Assembly: GCA_002633005.1 (NCBI GenBank)
Contig: NMRA01000454.1
Location: 1-64,000, forward strand
From: Phoronis australis
Lineage: Eukaryota; Animalia; Phoronida
Direction: 5' to 3'
DNA length: 64,000 bases
Below, piece by piece: positions 12,736 to 26,130 of this stretch. The position numbers and the translations under genes are program-made. The notes under the pieces were generated by a model. The model made no database searches and was not told where the DNA came from. It saw only the letters and a program-made list of their open reading frames with translations. Position 1 is the first letter of the stretch. Each line of letters starts with the position of its first letter.

Positions 12736-13984
12736 TCCAGATACGAGCTGCTGCGAGTCGCATGTTCATAACAATCCAAGTTGTATAGACTTTGTCAGCT
12801 GAGACCCATTCGTCACATCCCGGCACTGAGCTGATCACCATAGCGTTTCTCGAGTTATGTAACGCAGTCGTGATTTTACTGTCCCGGCACAGAGCGGGGC
12901 GGGCGCGTGGAACGAGTGAGTTTACAACCAAACGGTTTGTCTTTATTGTATTTAGCCAATGTTATGTGAGCAAAGAAGGAATCGGGGGTACAACATACGG
13001 GCGGAACTACAAATACATAAAACTGTCTACCCAAACAATACAATACACTGACAATACGCATGATTGCGTCTGCAGTAAAAGACACTATTTAGGTTACGAA
13101 TGTAATTATTGGTTCTAGTCTGTTTTTCGGAATCGATGCCATAACTGAGAATTTTAAGTTGTACATTAATTTTGTCCAAAATTTATCTGATGTTAGCTAA
13201 TGTGGTGCAAAGTCCAGTGACTCGATTTGTTCTTTGGCTTTGCTCTGGTATATCGTGAGACGATAGGCTGTGATGGGCTACGCTCTGGTAGGGGGAGCGG
13301 CAGGGGGAGGGGATCTGAAATCTGCACCACTTGTTTCCGTTTGCAATCAATTGACGTAAAAAGGGTGATTGTCGCTTAGTTGCCAACCTCCTTAAAATAC
13401 ATTTATAAATATGTTTGTGCAGTTTTTGAAAACGGAACTTAGCTGGAGCTTTTTTCTTTAACAGTGAGGCGAAAATTTCAAAATGAGTAAATCGCAGCCT
13501 AGAACCTATAATACTTTTTGAATCGTAATAAGTCGCTTGGTTTGAAGGTAAACTGTAAAATAGCTTATTTTGAAATATTGAATAATAGATCTACACTAAG
13601 TTTGAAAATTCGGGATCTGTGGAAGGAAAGAAATGTCCATGTACTTTACATTATTGACATGCTCAAAGTCGAAATAAACAGCCAATTGCCATTGAAACAT
13701 TTCAAATACCATATTCCAATATAAAAATGGACGCCCGATATGCACTTAAGTATTACGGATACGCTGGGCACCGAGCGTGTAACTAATAGCACATTCAGCA
13801 TAACACCACTACCCCGAAGGATACGCGCGCCATGTAGGCGCTAAGTAAACATTGATTGGTCTGAATAATGTGTGTGTTCAGATAAATGTAGTCCTTCAAT
13901 GAACATCGATTAATACCTGAAGGATGTGTGCTATGTGTCTACGAAAAATTCGAATGATTTTTGCTAGATATAACGTGACCATAC

Positions 13985-14427
13985 AGTTATGACAATGACG
14001 AGGACAACCACAACCGTGATAACGATGGGATGGTAATACTAATAATGACGACGACGAAGATGAATACGATGATGACGCTTGTGATGATTATGAGGATTAT
14101 GATAACGACGACTGTAATGATAGTGATAATCTTGATGATGGCGATGATGATGTGATGACGATGGCGATAGTGATGTTGATGGTGATAACAGCAATGATGG
14201 CGATGGTGATGGTGACAATGATTATGTTGATTATAATGACGATGTTGATAACGATGAGGACAATTATGATGTAGAAAATGATGATGGGGATGAAGTTGAT
14301 TGTGATTGTAGCGATGGTGATGATGATTATGATGGTAGCAATGATGATGATGATTATGATCGTGAGGATGATGGTGAGGTGAAGATGATGATCGTAGTGA
14401 GGATGATTGTGAAGATGATGAGGTGAA

Positions 14428-14470
<43 letters not shown>

Positions 14471-14663
14471 GTGAGGATTATGATAAAAATGATGATGGTG
14501 AAGATGACAACGACGACGACGACGACGATGATGATGATGGTCCCAAAGGTGAAAGCATTGATGATGATGTCGATGATGGCAGATCCTGATAATGATGATC
14601 GTGATGATTGTTAGAGCAATGTTAGTGTTATGAGAGCGATGATGACGACGATATGATGATCGT
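13985..14663. repeat. Degenerate (GAT/GAC)n trinucleotide tract
   Basis: Directly visible; source of the poly-M and poly-H ORFs. Confidence 0.95.
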
Positions 14664-14829
14664 GATGAATGACCATGGTGACGGTGACTGTGACGGTAAG
14701 GATCATACTGGTGATTGTGATGAATGACCACGGTGACGGTGACTGTGACGGTAAGGATCATACTGGTGATTGTGATGAATGACCACGGTGACGGTGACTG
14801 TGACGGTAAGGATCATACTGGTGATTGTG
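14664..14829. repeat. 55-bp minisatellite x3
   Basis: gatgaatgaccacggtgacggtgactgtgacggtaaggatcatactggtgattgt at 14664, 14719, 14774. Confidence 0.95.
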
Positions 14830-15689
14830 GATTTATAGATATACAATTATGACCAGAACGTGAGGGTCGTGTATTAGTACATCAGTTGTGTCGATACTGG
14901 TCCAGCCGTAGTCAGTGCATATTCAAATGTACAGTGAAGCATAACTATACTTATTGCCTTCTCGTGAATTATCCGTGTCCGTATACGGTAGTCTTTATAA
15001 TTCTAGTTATATTGTAATGTCCAGGTTATGCAAGTTCACAAGTAGTAATATAAACACTCAAACCGTTGATCGCCACATTCTATGTGAAGTTGCTTTATGC
15101 GCAATATTCCATTATAACGAGAAAATATCGCCGATAACAGCGATTGTTTGTTTTACATTAGAGCGTGTTTAATGAGAGACAGTTCTCACATTTTAATATA
15201 AGAATTGTCTCTCATTAAACATTTAAAAAAGGCTTTTTATTGGTTTAAGAAGATGGCACTTAAAGCGACACATGAGGCTTAATTGTGTATTGGTTATTGT
15301 ATTTCCTCGTGCCTAATATGAATAATCAATACGCCGTTATTATATTTACGCTCTCCCTATGCATGTTTTACTCACCAATTTTAACATTGCCATCTAGTGG
15401 TAAGTCAGTGAATTGATTACAAAAATGAACCACATGAACAAAGAATGGGGGCATATTTAAAGCATCTTGGTGCTTTTAAACACTGAAATGTTGCATTTTT
15501 TGTATAAAGACATCGTTTTTGATTTTACGTCCTTGTAGGATCAATTTGGTACAACTGATCGCATTGTAGAACAGAGAGGATTAAAACGATATCTGTGCTT
15601 CAATTTTAACTGACGTGACTAAACAGATTTCAAGAGAAGATTAAAGATAGAGTAACGTTATTATGACAAAGCAACCTTTTTACGTTGTC

Positions 15690-15890
15690 AATACCCAGAG
15701 ATGTCTCACATTGTGTACTTTGTACATCGTGCTTTATATAATTCTCAATATCCAGCGATGTCTTACATCGTGCGTTTTGTACATTGCGTTTCATATAATT
15801 CTCATTACCCAGCGATGTCCTACATCGTGTGTTTTGTACATTGTGTTTTAGACAATTCGCAATGTCCAACTATGTCCTGCATCGCGAATT
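15690..15890. repeat. 57-bp minisatellite, ~3.5 diverged copies
   Basis: ccag.gatgtc.tacatcgtg..ttttgtacat recurs with period 57. Confidence 0.85.
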
Positions 15891-16210
15891 TGGTACAAGC
15901 GCTTAATATGTTCTCCGAAGCATGCCTGCGTGAAACCGTTGACTGACGCCTGGTTCTCAGTATTTACCATTTTTTCACCCTTGCCACCACAAATTAATTA
16001 AAAGCAACTTTCTTTGTTAGCATTGTCTGATTTTACGTTCGACCGTTTTGTCCATATATTCCGTAATTACGTTATTGGTTTCGTAACTGCGCCATGTGGA
16101 ATATGACTTGATTTCTGGTATTTGTGTGGCCATTGTAGCTAAACACAAACAATGATTCAAGAAGTTGATGACTTCATAAACTGATGCAAAATCCTCGCAA
16201 TTGCCGCAAA

Positions 16211-16354
16211 ATAAATAGGTAAATACAACAACAAGAATGGATCAACTGAAATTTTCGGATGTAATAATGTCCTTTCTGCTTCTGTTGATAAAGGACATTA
16301 TTACATCCGAAAAATTCAGTTGATCCATTCTTGTTGTTTTATTTACCTATTTAT
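16211..16354. repeat. Near-perfect 144-bp inverted repeat (hairpin, ~65-bp arms)
   Basis: ataaataggtaaata...aatgtccttt / aaaggacatt...tatttacctatttat with about two mismatches and a ~14-nt loop. Confidence 0.95.
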
Positions 16355-16720
16355 AGTCTACATTTCGTGAAACAATAGTATCCTTGGGAGGATCTGGATC
16401 GCCTTATTTAGTTTCAGATTTATTTTCTCCGTAAAATAAAAACTTCATGAATGTTACGCGACTGTGACTATTTCATATATAACAATTTGTTGATTGTCAA
16501 TCATGGCTGACGTAGGTGGTCAGATATTTTGGTTACAAGCTGAAACCTTGTTTTTGATAATGAACTTGTCGAGATAAGGCTTCATGGTTAACTCGACATT
16601 ATACACATAACTGCAAGCCGTGGAATGCAATTGAATGGTTGTTCAAAATCAATGATGCTGGTACCCTGGGACTGAAGAGGTTCAATCACATGGTACAAAT
16701 ACCCGCGTGGCAACAATCCT

Positions 16721-17209
16721 ATGCACAGATCCACATCGATGTTTGATGGACGCCACACGATGAACTGTAGAGTCGTACTTAATATTTCAGGGCAGAGATT
16801 TGTTACTTCTTATGAAACTTTGAAATCTGTGCCCAACACAAGACTTTCGAGCTTAAGTGATACCAGCATTGAGTATGAAAATGGAGAATATTTTTTTGAC
16901 AGAAATCCTGAATTCTTTAGTTGCATTCTGGATTACTATCGTACACGAGAGCTCCATATGCCGCCCTCAGCTTGTGGCCAACAATTCAAGAAAGAGTTGG
17001 AATTCTGGCAGATTGACGGTACTCGCCAGATGTCTCTCTGCTGCATGCAACGTTTCAATGACGGAGATTTTACCAAGATTGCCAATTACTTCGAAGACTT
17101 GATGAAAAATGAGTGTTCACAAGAATTTTTCAGCGAAGCGTTTCCACCCTGCGACAGACGTTCTCTCTACAATATGTTGGAATATCCTGGTTCATCGAAA
17201 GCTGCAAAG
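16721..17209 (+). CDS. Shaw/Kv3-family potassium channel subunit, exon 1 (T1/BTB tetramerisation domain)
   Basis: RVVLNISGQRF...EYFFDRNP...ILDYYRT.ELH(x5)C...ELEFW...CC zinc site, then LEYPGSSKAAK|gtttgt phase-0 donor. Start codon could be one of several ATGs. Confidence 0.92.
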
Positions 17210-18104
17210 GTTTGTTTGTTTTATTACAAAATTCACTTTCCTGACGCCGCTTCTGCGTACCCTTACGCAAGGGAGTGCGACGGGTGCGAACGGAGCCCCA
17301 TCGGGATTTTGAGCCCGGCTCAGCAATTTGATCATTTTATAATTACGTGCACTATTTCGAATTACCTCCGTAATGGACTTATACTAAAAATTAATGCTTT
17401 TAGCTGAAAATGAAGATGGTCAGCTGCCATTAAGTACTCAAGAGAAGTTGTCATCTAATGGCAAACCAGGCAAACTTATAATTTTATTACTGCAGGAAAC
17501 TTTGTAGTCATTTGAACATACACCGAAGAGATCATTTCTGTGGGCTGTCCGGTGAACAGCAGGTAGCTATAGATGGGTCGCCCTGTACGTTGAGACCGTG
17601 AACACCGGGCTACGACTAATGAACTACAAAGTATGCTTTCAAATTCAGAGTAATATAGCTTAAAGCATACCGCTCACAGCGTGCGCTGGTAATGAACACG
17701 ACTATTGAAATATCGGTTAATGAAATGTAACCACCTGTCCACAGAACACTGTTGTGAACTCAAATTATTGTGATGGAAGGCCGAGCCTTGGTTGCGGGCG
17801 ATAGTCAACAATTAGTGTTAAAAACACTTCACCGTTTTCACGGTGAATGATACAAGTTTGGTACTACGAATATGCTGTTAGTAATAAATAAAGTAAAAGC
17901 GTGAAAATTTTGAGATATCCAGTTGAGAAAACAGATAGAGTTTGAGTCTAACACTGGGATAAAAAGTTACAAAAAATAGTGACGTTGCGTTCACATCTCA
18001 CGGACTTCAGCTTGGTTTGTGACGTTATCGTTATTCTGGTCAATTGGTGGCGTTTTGACCAGACGATGCGGCATTGACGTCAAAACAACATCCCATGCGT
18101 GTGA

Positions 18105-18600
18105 CAAATCGAATTACAATAACGCTAAACATGTTGCAAGTATTTTGGGCCCTCTTGTTGGGAACACTCAAAATTTTGTGAACAAACTAAAGAATTTTGC
18201 TCTGGAACCGGATGGGATAATAACGTCGTTTGATGTTACTAGTATTCCTCCTCAAGATGCTCTGTCCATTGCTGAGAATTTTCTTGCCAAAGATCTAGAC
18301 CTCGATTCGAGATGTTCCTAGTCAGTTGCTCGAGTCTGTGACCTTTTGTCGTTATGTCTGAACACTACTTACTTTGTGTTTAACCAGTTGCATTATATTC
18401 AACAGCATGAATGTGCTATGGGCTCACCCGTATCTCCCATTGTAGCAACCCTGTATATGGAGGTCTTCGAATAGCTCATTCTTAGTCAACACTCTGCCAC
18501 CTCCCTAGATTGTGGTTGAGATATGTGGACGGCACGTTTGTCATTATTTTCTCTGCCTTCTTTAAGTTCGTTAATGAGTTTGAACATCAAATTTACTCAT
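18105..18600 (+). mobile_element. Penelope-like retroelement reverse transcriptase fragment (decayed)
   Basis: ITSFDVTS, LCLNTTYFVFN, CAMGSPVSPIVATLYME and WLRYVDGTF motifs with stops and frameshifts. Confidence 0.85.
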
Positions 18601-19842
18601 TTTGAGAAGATATAGCCTTTGCTTTCCATTGTGTCCCTTTCTACTCCACAAATTCCGATCTTATGGCATTACTGGGAATCTTTGAAATAGGATCACCTGA
18701 TACGCGGAATGGCTCTTAAACATCCCCCTGCAACGTTCACACCTCGTGACCTCTTCGTAATCCTTATAGTTGCGCCTGGAGATAATTATCAACTATGTTA
18801 GCCAACCACACATTTTAACATCTGTAACAGGCGACTCAACCTGAAACACGGATGAGGCAGAGGTTTACATGTACCTATTGATCAAGGCCTGCCAGACTTG
18901 AAGCAGGCGCGATCCTCAAAAGTCTACAAATAGCCGTCCCACCTACCACACACACCCAAGCGAGCTCGTCACGGCCATAAGAACCTGTTGTGTCACCTGG
19001 TCATGTGTGATCGCTGCTTCTCTTGAAATACCCAAGACGGGGCGCCACAGTATCACAGTAGGCCTATACATGTACATATACACATTCACAGACATATATT
19101 TTATGCATATACAGTACATATACATACACACGCACGCACGCTCTCACACTCACACACACACACACATATATATACCTAAATACATATTTGACTTGATTAA
19201 AACACGACTGAATTTTGTGTTGGCTAGAAGCGTCACGGCCACTCACGCATATTCTCTGTATAGTTTGCACAGGTTGTCCATGCATTTGTAGACCAGTTGT
19301 TTACGTCATTCGCTTGAAAATAACCAGGAAAGAAATGATAGATGACACCAGTATTTGATATTTAGCTATGCAGAGAACGACCTATTTCGATTCACAATTA
19401 TCGAATCTCTGTTGATGAGTTGTCAAAATCCTGTGCTGAATGAGCAGCTCACAGTTGTTAACCGCTTCAGGCTCTGTTTCGGTAGTGGATTGTAGGCTTC
19501 ACACCGTGTGTAGTATTCACATCTACTGTTTGTATACTTATTTACTTCCTGTCACTGTTGATTTTGTTGCTAGTAAGATCATTTAACTGCGTGCCTGATG
19601 ATGTTCTCTGTAAATATAGCTATCATTTTAATTTATTCGCTTGCCTTTTGTCTTGGTGATTTACCTTATAACTGTAATCCAAGTGATTGGAAACTACAGA
19701 GAAGAGGAGCAAGTGCCTGTGAAGCTATCTCTAACAGAAAACACAGTCGAATTTGCGATCAATTTTGTGTTAACAAAGAGCAGTTACTAAACTATACCTG
19801 AATATATAGATACATAACACATTCACATGCTACATGTATTCA

Positions 19843-20468
19843 CATAGTACGCATATAGTAGGGATAAACATGGTACACATATAGTAGGGATTAACATAGT
19901 ACTCATATAGCAGGGATCAACATAGTACACATATAGCAGGGATTAACATAGTACACATATAACAGGGATCAACATATTACACATATAGCAGGGATTAACA
20001 TAGTACAAATATAGCAGGGATCAACATAGTACACATATAACAGGGATCAACATATTACACATATAGCAGGGATAAACATAGTACATATAACAGGGATCGA
20101 CATAGTACACATATAGCAGGGATCAACATAGTACAAATATAACAGGGAACAACATAGTACACATATAGTAGGGATCAAAATAGTACACGTATAGTAGGGA
20201 TTAACATAGTACCCATATAGCAAAGATCAACATAGTACACATATAGCAGAGATCAACATAGTACAGATACAGCAAGGATCAGCATAGTACACATACAGCA
20301 GGGATCAACGTAGTACACATATAGCAGGGATCAACACAATACACATATAGTAGGGATCAACATAATACACATATAGCAGGGATCAACATAGTACACATAT
20401 AGCAGGGATCAACACAATACACATATAGTAGGGATCAACATAGTACACATATAGCATGGCTCAACACA
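19843..20468. repeat. 26-bp minisatellite (acatagtacacatatagcagggatca), ~24 copies
   Basis: Directly visible period of 26. Confidence 0.97.
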
Positions 20469-23018
20469 TTTTGCAACCTAGCAAAAATCCCAAGTCACAT
20501 TTTCAAAATCCAGCTCGCATTTATAAAAAACAGGAGCCGGGTTCTAATCTGTTTACTCGAAATGGAATTCGACATTTTGTTTGGCTTTTTCTACTCCGCG
20601 TATAAACTCAAGAAAAGTGTCTATTATTCTATGCTCGAGTATACAGTGACTTGCGTGGATAATTTTAGTTCTTGGTTTGCAGTTTATAAACCCAACATTA
20701 AAGCTAAAGGTTCGAGTAACTCGAAATTTCAAATTTTTACGCAAGTTTGTATAAGGGTCATCAAGTGCAAACTTGGACTACAAACTCATATGCGTAAACT
20801 TTAAGGCATTCGTGCGCAGTCTAATTACCACGTATATTGAGTTTGCACAAAAGTAGCAGAGAAATTGCCAAAAAGAATTCGAGTTCGTTTCTTACTAGTA
20901 TGAAGATTAAACTTCGGGCCAGGCTGCAAAATTTTCCCGCCATTTTTATGTGCCAAAATTGATTTTTAGTTCAAAATGTTTAGATTATCTTGCGGCGCTA
21001 AATATTCACAAATTTCAGATCGCAAAATTGAGTTCTTACATTCAGGTATGGCGTTACTGTTGTTCACGACCGACATTGAAAGGCTCTAGAACGAAAGGCT
21101 GGTCGCTGACGTGAAAGTTAAATCAGTGCTCTCAAACCGACACGTGCATTTGAGTAGCTAAGTTTGCATTGTGAAAAGGAAGAAAATACTCATTGCAAAA
21201 ACATCCGCGATATTGCTAGGTCTGACCTGCTATATGACCGTCATCAAAGTCGATAAAGATTCAAACTGACTCTGAGTGCAAACTTATTCCACTTTTTGGC
21301 AGTACAAACTTTGCAACTAAACTTAACGTTTGAAAAAGATCTTGTCGAAAAATAACCGTGAAACGTTATCCTAACCGAATGACGAATTGGAATGCGCGGG
21401 AGCAATTCAATGCAAATTTGACAATAAAAATGAAGGACTTATGTTGTTTGCATGCTCAACAATTAGTGTTCCAAGAAATGAAAAACCTGTAAATAATTCC
21501 TACTCCGTGCGGCTTTTCATCGGGTAATACGAGTTTGTTCCTCATGCCTTCCATGTACGGGAAAAATAGGTCAGTCATAAAACGACATGCTCGTCACTAG
21601 TGTTAACTTTCTTTCGGAGGTATAAAAAGCCGGGGTTTGGCTTTTACATGTTGAGACACGGGCGTATCCACCATTTTTAAAAAGGGGTCATATAAAGGAT
21701 TCTTTCAAAAGGGGGCTCCAAATCAACAATTTGAAAATTCTAGATTTGATATTACTAAAATCAAGGAAAAAATGGGGTTCCCTTGTATCCTCCTATGTGA
21801 AAAAAGACGTTTTTTTAAACTTAATTTACTGTTGTGTAAAATGATAATAAATCACTATATAGACTGCCTGTCGATTTCAAACCACGCGCAGTCTGCAGTG
21901 CGCTAAGATGGGCGCTAACCAGAAGTGTGGATGCTTATTTCATAGAAAGTCCCAAAAGTTGAGGAGAACGCTCAGTACAGCTGTGAGTGCTTATTATGAA
22001 ACACTTCAAAGGTAGGGAGTAGGCGCATGCGCGAGCACAGTTGTTAACCTGATTGTTTGCTGTAATAAAATATTGAAAGGCTCCAATAGTAAGAAATGTT
22101 GTTACAATACGATTTTGCGTGGCAAACTCCATCTAGCAGGGGTGACGTTCTGGCTATCGTTACCACCTACACTGTTCCATTTTAGCCACCCGGAATAATG
22201 TTGTTTTTAATTAAGCCCTTCAGCCGGAACAAAATCTTGGTATTGGAGTCTGAAAACTTTATGGCGTAATCCGGGCAGCAAAAAATTGACGGGGGGAGGG
22301 GGAGAGGGGGTGGGGTGTATGAATAGGAGAATAGAAAGTTAGCTAACCAGAATTTCGTAGTTTTTGAGTCACTAAGAAATTTTCAAACCCTTTACTTGTT
22401 TCTGGGGTTACGTGCGCGACATATGAGTCGTCTGTCACATGTTGTTGCCAATATAAAGTGTAGGCCTACTCTAGCGATTCAAGTGCGTGAATTCACGCTT
22501 GCGCACAACTCCAAAGCTGCACATCAAAAGAGAACAGCAACAGTCCTAAATGAAAGAATATATCGGTGTCGCATAAAATATCTAACCTGTGAAATTTCTT
22601 CCCACTCCGACTTTGCGCAGGATTGGCCGGGATAGTATCCGGTTTTGAGGGCATGAAATACCTTCCTAGGGCAATTCTGTACGCTACAGTGAGACAGTTG
22701 AGTCGTTATCTGCTACGAACACGAATATTCCAGACGTTTTTTCACAAAGATGCATGATTGCAAGTACAGTGAGAGTGACATGAATAAGTTTTTGGAGGAT
22801 GGATCCCTTCCGTTGACTTTGACGAAGAGTCAGCGCAAGGCTTTACGAAGTTGTGGCAGTTAAGCCGAGGACTTTCGCTGTTTCGGTTAGGTAAGTCAAC
22901 TTAAGTGATACTTCAATTATTATTGACCCTGGTTTAAAAAAATACGTGAAATCCGTTAAGCCTACATTTCCTATAACAAAATTGGAGTATGTTTGTTGTT
23001 GTTAAGCAAGGTTATCAT

Positions 23019-23853
23019 GGTCAGAATAAATATTGATTAAGTAATTAGTAAGAATAGATCCATTTTAAGTTGCACAAAATTTGTGCATATGTACTTTTAA
23101 ATCATGGGGTCAGACTTGTTGACATGTATTTTAACGTCAAAATGTATTTTTAGATGGTGTTTACAACTTTGGGTTCTGGGGTCAAAGTACTCTCGAGATT
23201 CTAGAATATTCTGAGAACAAATTGTAACAGCCAATAATACGAGTGGATATGATCATGTGGTTTTTATTAGCCAATCACGAAATAAGTAGAATGTTATATT
23301 ATGGGCTGAAATCAGCAAGATAATTAGATGCGCTAAAGTAGTTGAAGCATAAAGACTTGCTACAGTGTACAGAAGCAATTGTACGACAGAGCCATCTTGT
23401 GGAAGATTCTAGAAAGGATCTTGGCAAGGGCAAGGGTTAACGAACCGGAAGTTAACTAAGAGCTTGTCACTTGCATTGTGGGTAGTAAGATACTACCTGA
23501 AGTGTTGCGTCATCAGCCAGAGACTGTGACCAGCAAGTACACTGTCGCTATACAGTGTGTGTGTAGTTCGAAGATTCACCAACAGGACAGTCATCCAACA
23601 AGTGGAGAGTCCTAGCTTGGATAGCAGATAAGACATTTGATCGTTTGGTTGTTTGATTAAAGTAATCTTTAAAGAGGGCGCTAGCGTAGTTTCTCTTTGT
23701 AGTTGATTACTTAATTAACAATAGGTTTCATTTGTCTAATTAGAGGTTATCATATAAAAAATTAATTACTGGATTTGATTATTCACTCTCCATCTACGCA
23801 CAACTTCAAAGCATAGCTACCTTTTAAACAAACCCACTGTCAATCATCTGACA
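23019..23853. mobile_element. Solo LTR (835 bp) with ATCAT target-site duplication
   Basis: ATCAT|(g)GTCAGA...TCTGACA|ATCAT; highly similar to 34949-35832. Confidence 0.88.
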
Positions 23854-24279
23854 ATCATGTCATTCGTTAAGTCCAACCCTGTCTCTGCATTTAGCCAAAA
23901 TACTTACTGATTACTCCAGCCCTGCAGTGTTTCAGATCTCATTAAAGTAAACACTAAGTTGGTTCTCACTGTTGTTACTAGTTCTCATGGAGAATATTGT
24001 ACAGTTGTTATTCAGCATTCATATACTGTTGTGAGTTAATGAATTTTGTGCCATTTAGTACGCATCTAGTTGTAATGACTTCCTTTATTACTTATTGAGT
24101 TTAGCAACAGTTCTGATGAAAAGTGTCAAAGAATGATCCAAATGCTGAGAGGTGAGGAGGGGTCAGACGGCCTGGTCAGTTTTCCAAAAATCAATTGGTG
24201 GATTGGAAATGAGCATGTCCACTCGCTATAACTACTTGGTTCGAATGTAACTGACAGGCTGGCTATTCCCACAAGAAGG

Positions 24280-24445
24280 TACCGTAAACTCGCAGGTTAA
24301 GGCCCTGGGCGCTTAAATTGCGAAGCTCTTAGACAGGGGGTGGGCCATTACCCAAGCAGTGGGCACTTAAACGGAAAAATTGGCAAAAAAGTCGGGGGTG
24401 GGTAATTACCCAAGCAGTGGCCGCTTACGTCCAAGTTTTAGCGTA
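24280..24445. mobile_element. Tc1/pogo-like MITE
   Basis: ta|ccgtaaactcg ... aagttttagcg|ta ends with internal repeated gggggtggg..attacccaagcagtgg. Confidence 0.45.
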
Positions 24446-25589
24446 ACTGGGCAAGCTTGCGGAATGTTCATTCGAGCACGGAACTTGTATGTTTGGTCAC
24501 GCAGTAGGACCTGACAACCACAGCGTGCTGCAAAATGTCATACCACGGAGCTTGAATCTCATTCCACTTACCGTATCAGCAAAGACTGTTTCAGATCAGT
24601 GAACGGGACTACATGAGGTTTCAGGTGCTATTGTGTTGTAAGTGTTGTTCGTACGACTGTGTTTAGTTGGAACCTTTCGGGTCCCATCTGGGCATTAAAC
24701 CCGATAAACTTTTGTTCACTATGTAGTTTATCTGTCGCTGCATTAAAAGCACGGACTATTTGTTCCTGACCGACACAAACCGTTTGCAATTACAATGAGA
24801 GGGGAGTGTAAATAATTGTTCAGTTCAAATCTGAGTTGACCCAAGTCACGTAGATTCTTCGTGCAATTACAATGAGAGGGGGTTAAATTAATTGCTCAAT
24901 TCAAATGTGGGTCAAATCCAGCAAAATCACGTGCTCCATCTGAAAATACATGGTGATGTTTCGAAGTTTTGCCTGTTCTCGCCAAACACTAAAAAAATTG
25001 ATCTACTGAACTCGAAAAGGCACCGGAATTGATTGCTTGATAACGCATTAAAAGTCTGCATTCTGGAAAATTAGTGGAAGAAAAACAGCTTGTGAAATTG
25101 GTAAATTAGAATCCCTAAATGATGTACTTGGGGTTGTGATCTTGACCTCAACCAACGTGAAGAAACTGACTAGGAGCGTATGCGTGCATTTATCATAAGT
25201 GTGACGGACATTACAAACTTTGTGGTAATTACAGAGTTTTCCTTCACTTGTATCATTCAAAATCGTGAATTTTGTGATTTTTTTTCTGAAAATTTCCTCA
25301 CATGTTAAAGTGAAATACTCTACTAGACGTCAGCAATTGTTGACGAGCATTCACTTGAAGAGAAGTGGAAATTTGTCCCATTATCGGAAATTCATAACAA
25401 CATATTATGCTGATTTCTTGTGTACTGTTTAACTTCTGGTTTTCTTCGTTTCCAGCTGCGTTGCTCTGTGGACAAGTCTTCTTCAAGGTTACGACACACA
25501 CGCTTCTGATGTTTTCAAATGAGTACCTAAAAATGGTAGTTCTTTGGCTCTTGTATATAATCAAGTAAGAAAACATCTATCTATGGTCC

Positions 25590-26130
25590 TTAAGTTTTCA
25601 ATACCCATTGAGAAAAATATTTTGTACAATTTTATAGTTGTAGATTTTGAAAGCAATTGCGTATTAGAATATTTGGGACTTCAGTTGCGGCCTCCCTTAT
25701 GCTAGCTTTTTGCTTCTCACAATTAACCAAGTTAAGGATTATGTGTTTTTGTCTTCAAGACTTTCATTAGACATTATGAATATGTTCTGTGCCAAGTTTT
25801 GTAGATGGGCTCCAACAATTCTAGATTTTGGAAGCGATTTTGGTTTGAATATATAGTAAAATGTGTGCGAATTTCATAATTGGCCCCAGTCATGTTAGCG
25901 TTTTGCTTCTCACGATTAACCAAGTTAAAGACCATGTGTTTTGTAGCCAACAGTTTCATTAGACATTATGAATATGTACTGTACCAACTTTCGTAAATGT
26001 GCTCTAAACATTGAAGATTTTGAAAGCGATTTCGGTCTAAGTTTGTACAAAAATGTTTACGAATTGTAGATGTGGCTCCATTTATGCTAGGTTTTTGGCT
26101 TTCATATTTTATCATGTTATGGAACACCTG
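25590..26130. repeat. Diverged ~193-bp tandem subrepeats (probably inside a non-autonomous element)
   Basis: tttcattagacattatgaatatgt at ~25762 and ~25955; agattttg.aagc.att recurs three times. Confidence 0.7.

Noticed and set aside
12780-12845. THAP start (MVISSVPGC) on the minus strand
   Set aside because: No downstream FP/W/CxxHF motifs; the adjacent sequence reads as BEL gag instead.
13985-14761. Poly-His, poly-Met or Asp-rich ORFs (also 6355-6668 and 32219-32520) as biomineral or metal-binding proteins
   Set aside because: Translations of degenerate GAT microsatellite with frame switches, no signal peptide or splice support.
17210-17407. C-terminal extension of the T1 ORF as a stand-alone KCTD-like protein
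   Set aside because: Similarity ends at a donor site after SSKAAK, and an in-phase transmembrane exon exists at 32653.
19843-20468. 26-bp array (also the 32-, 55- and 57-bp arrays) as CRISPR-like
   Set aside because: Head-to-tail repeats with no unique spacers, no cas genes, eukaryotic context.
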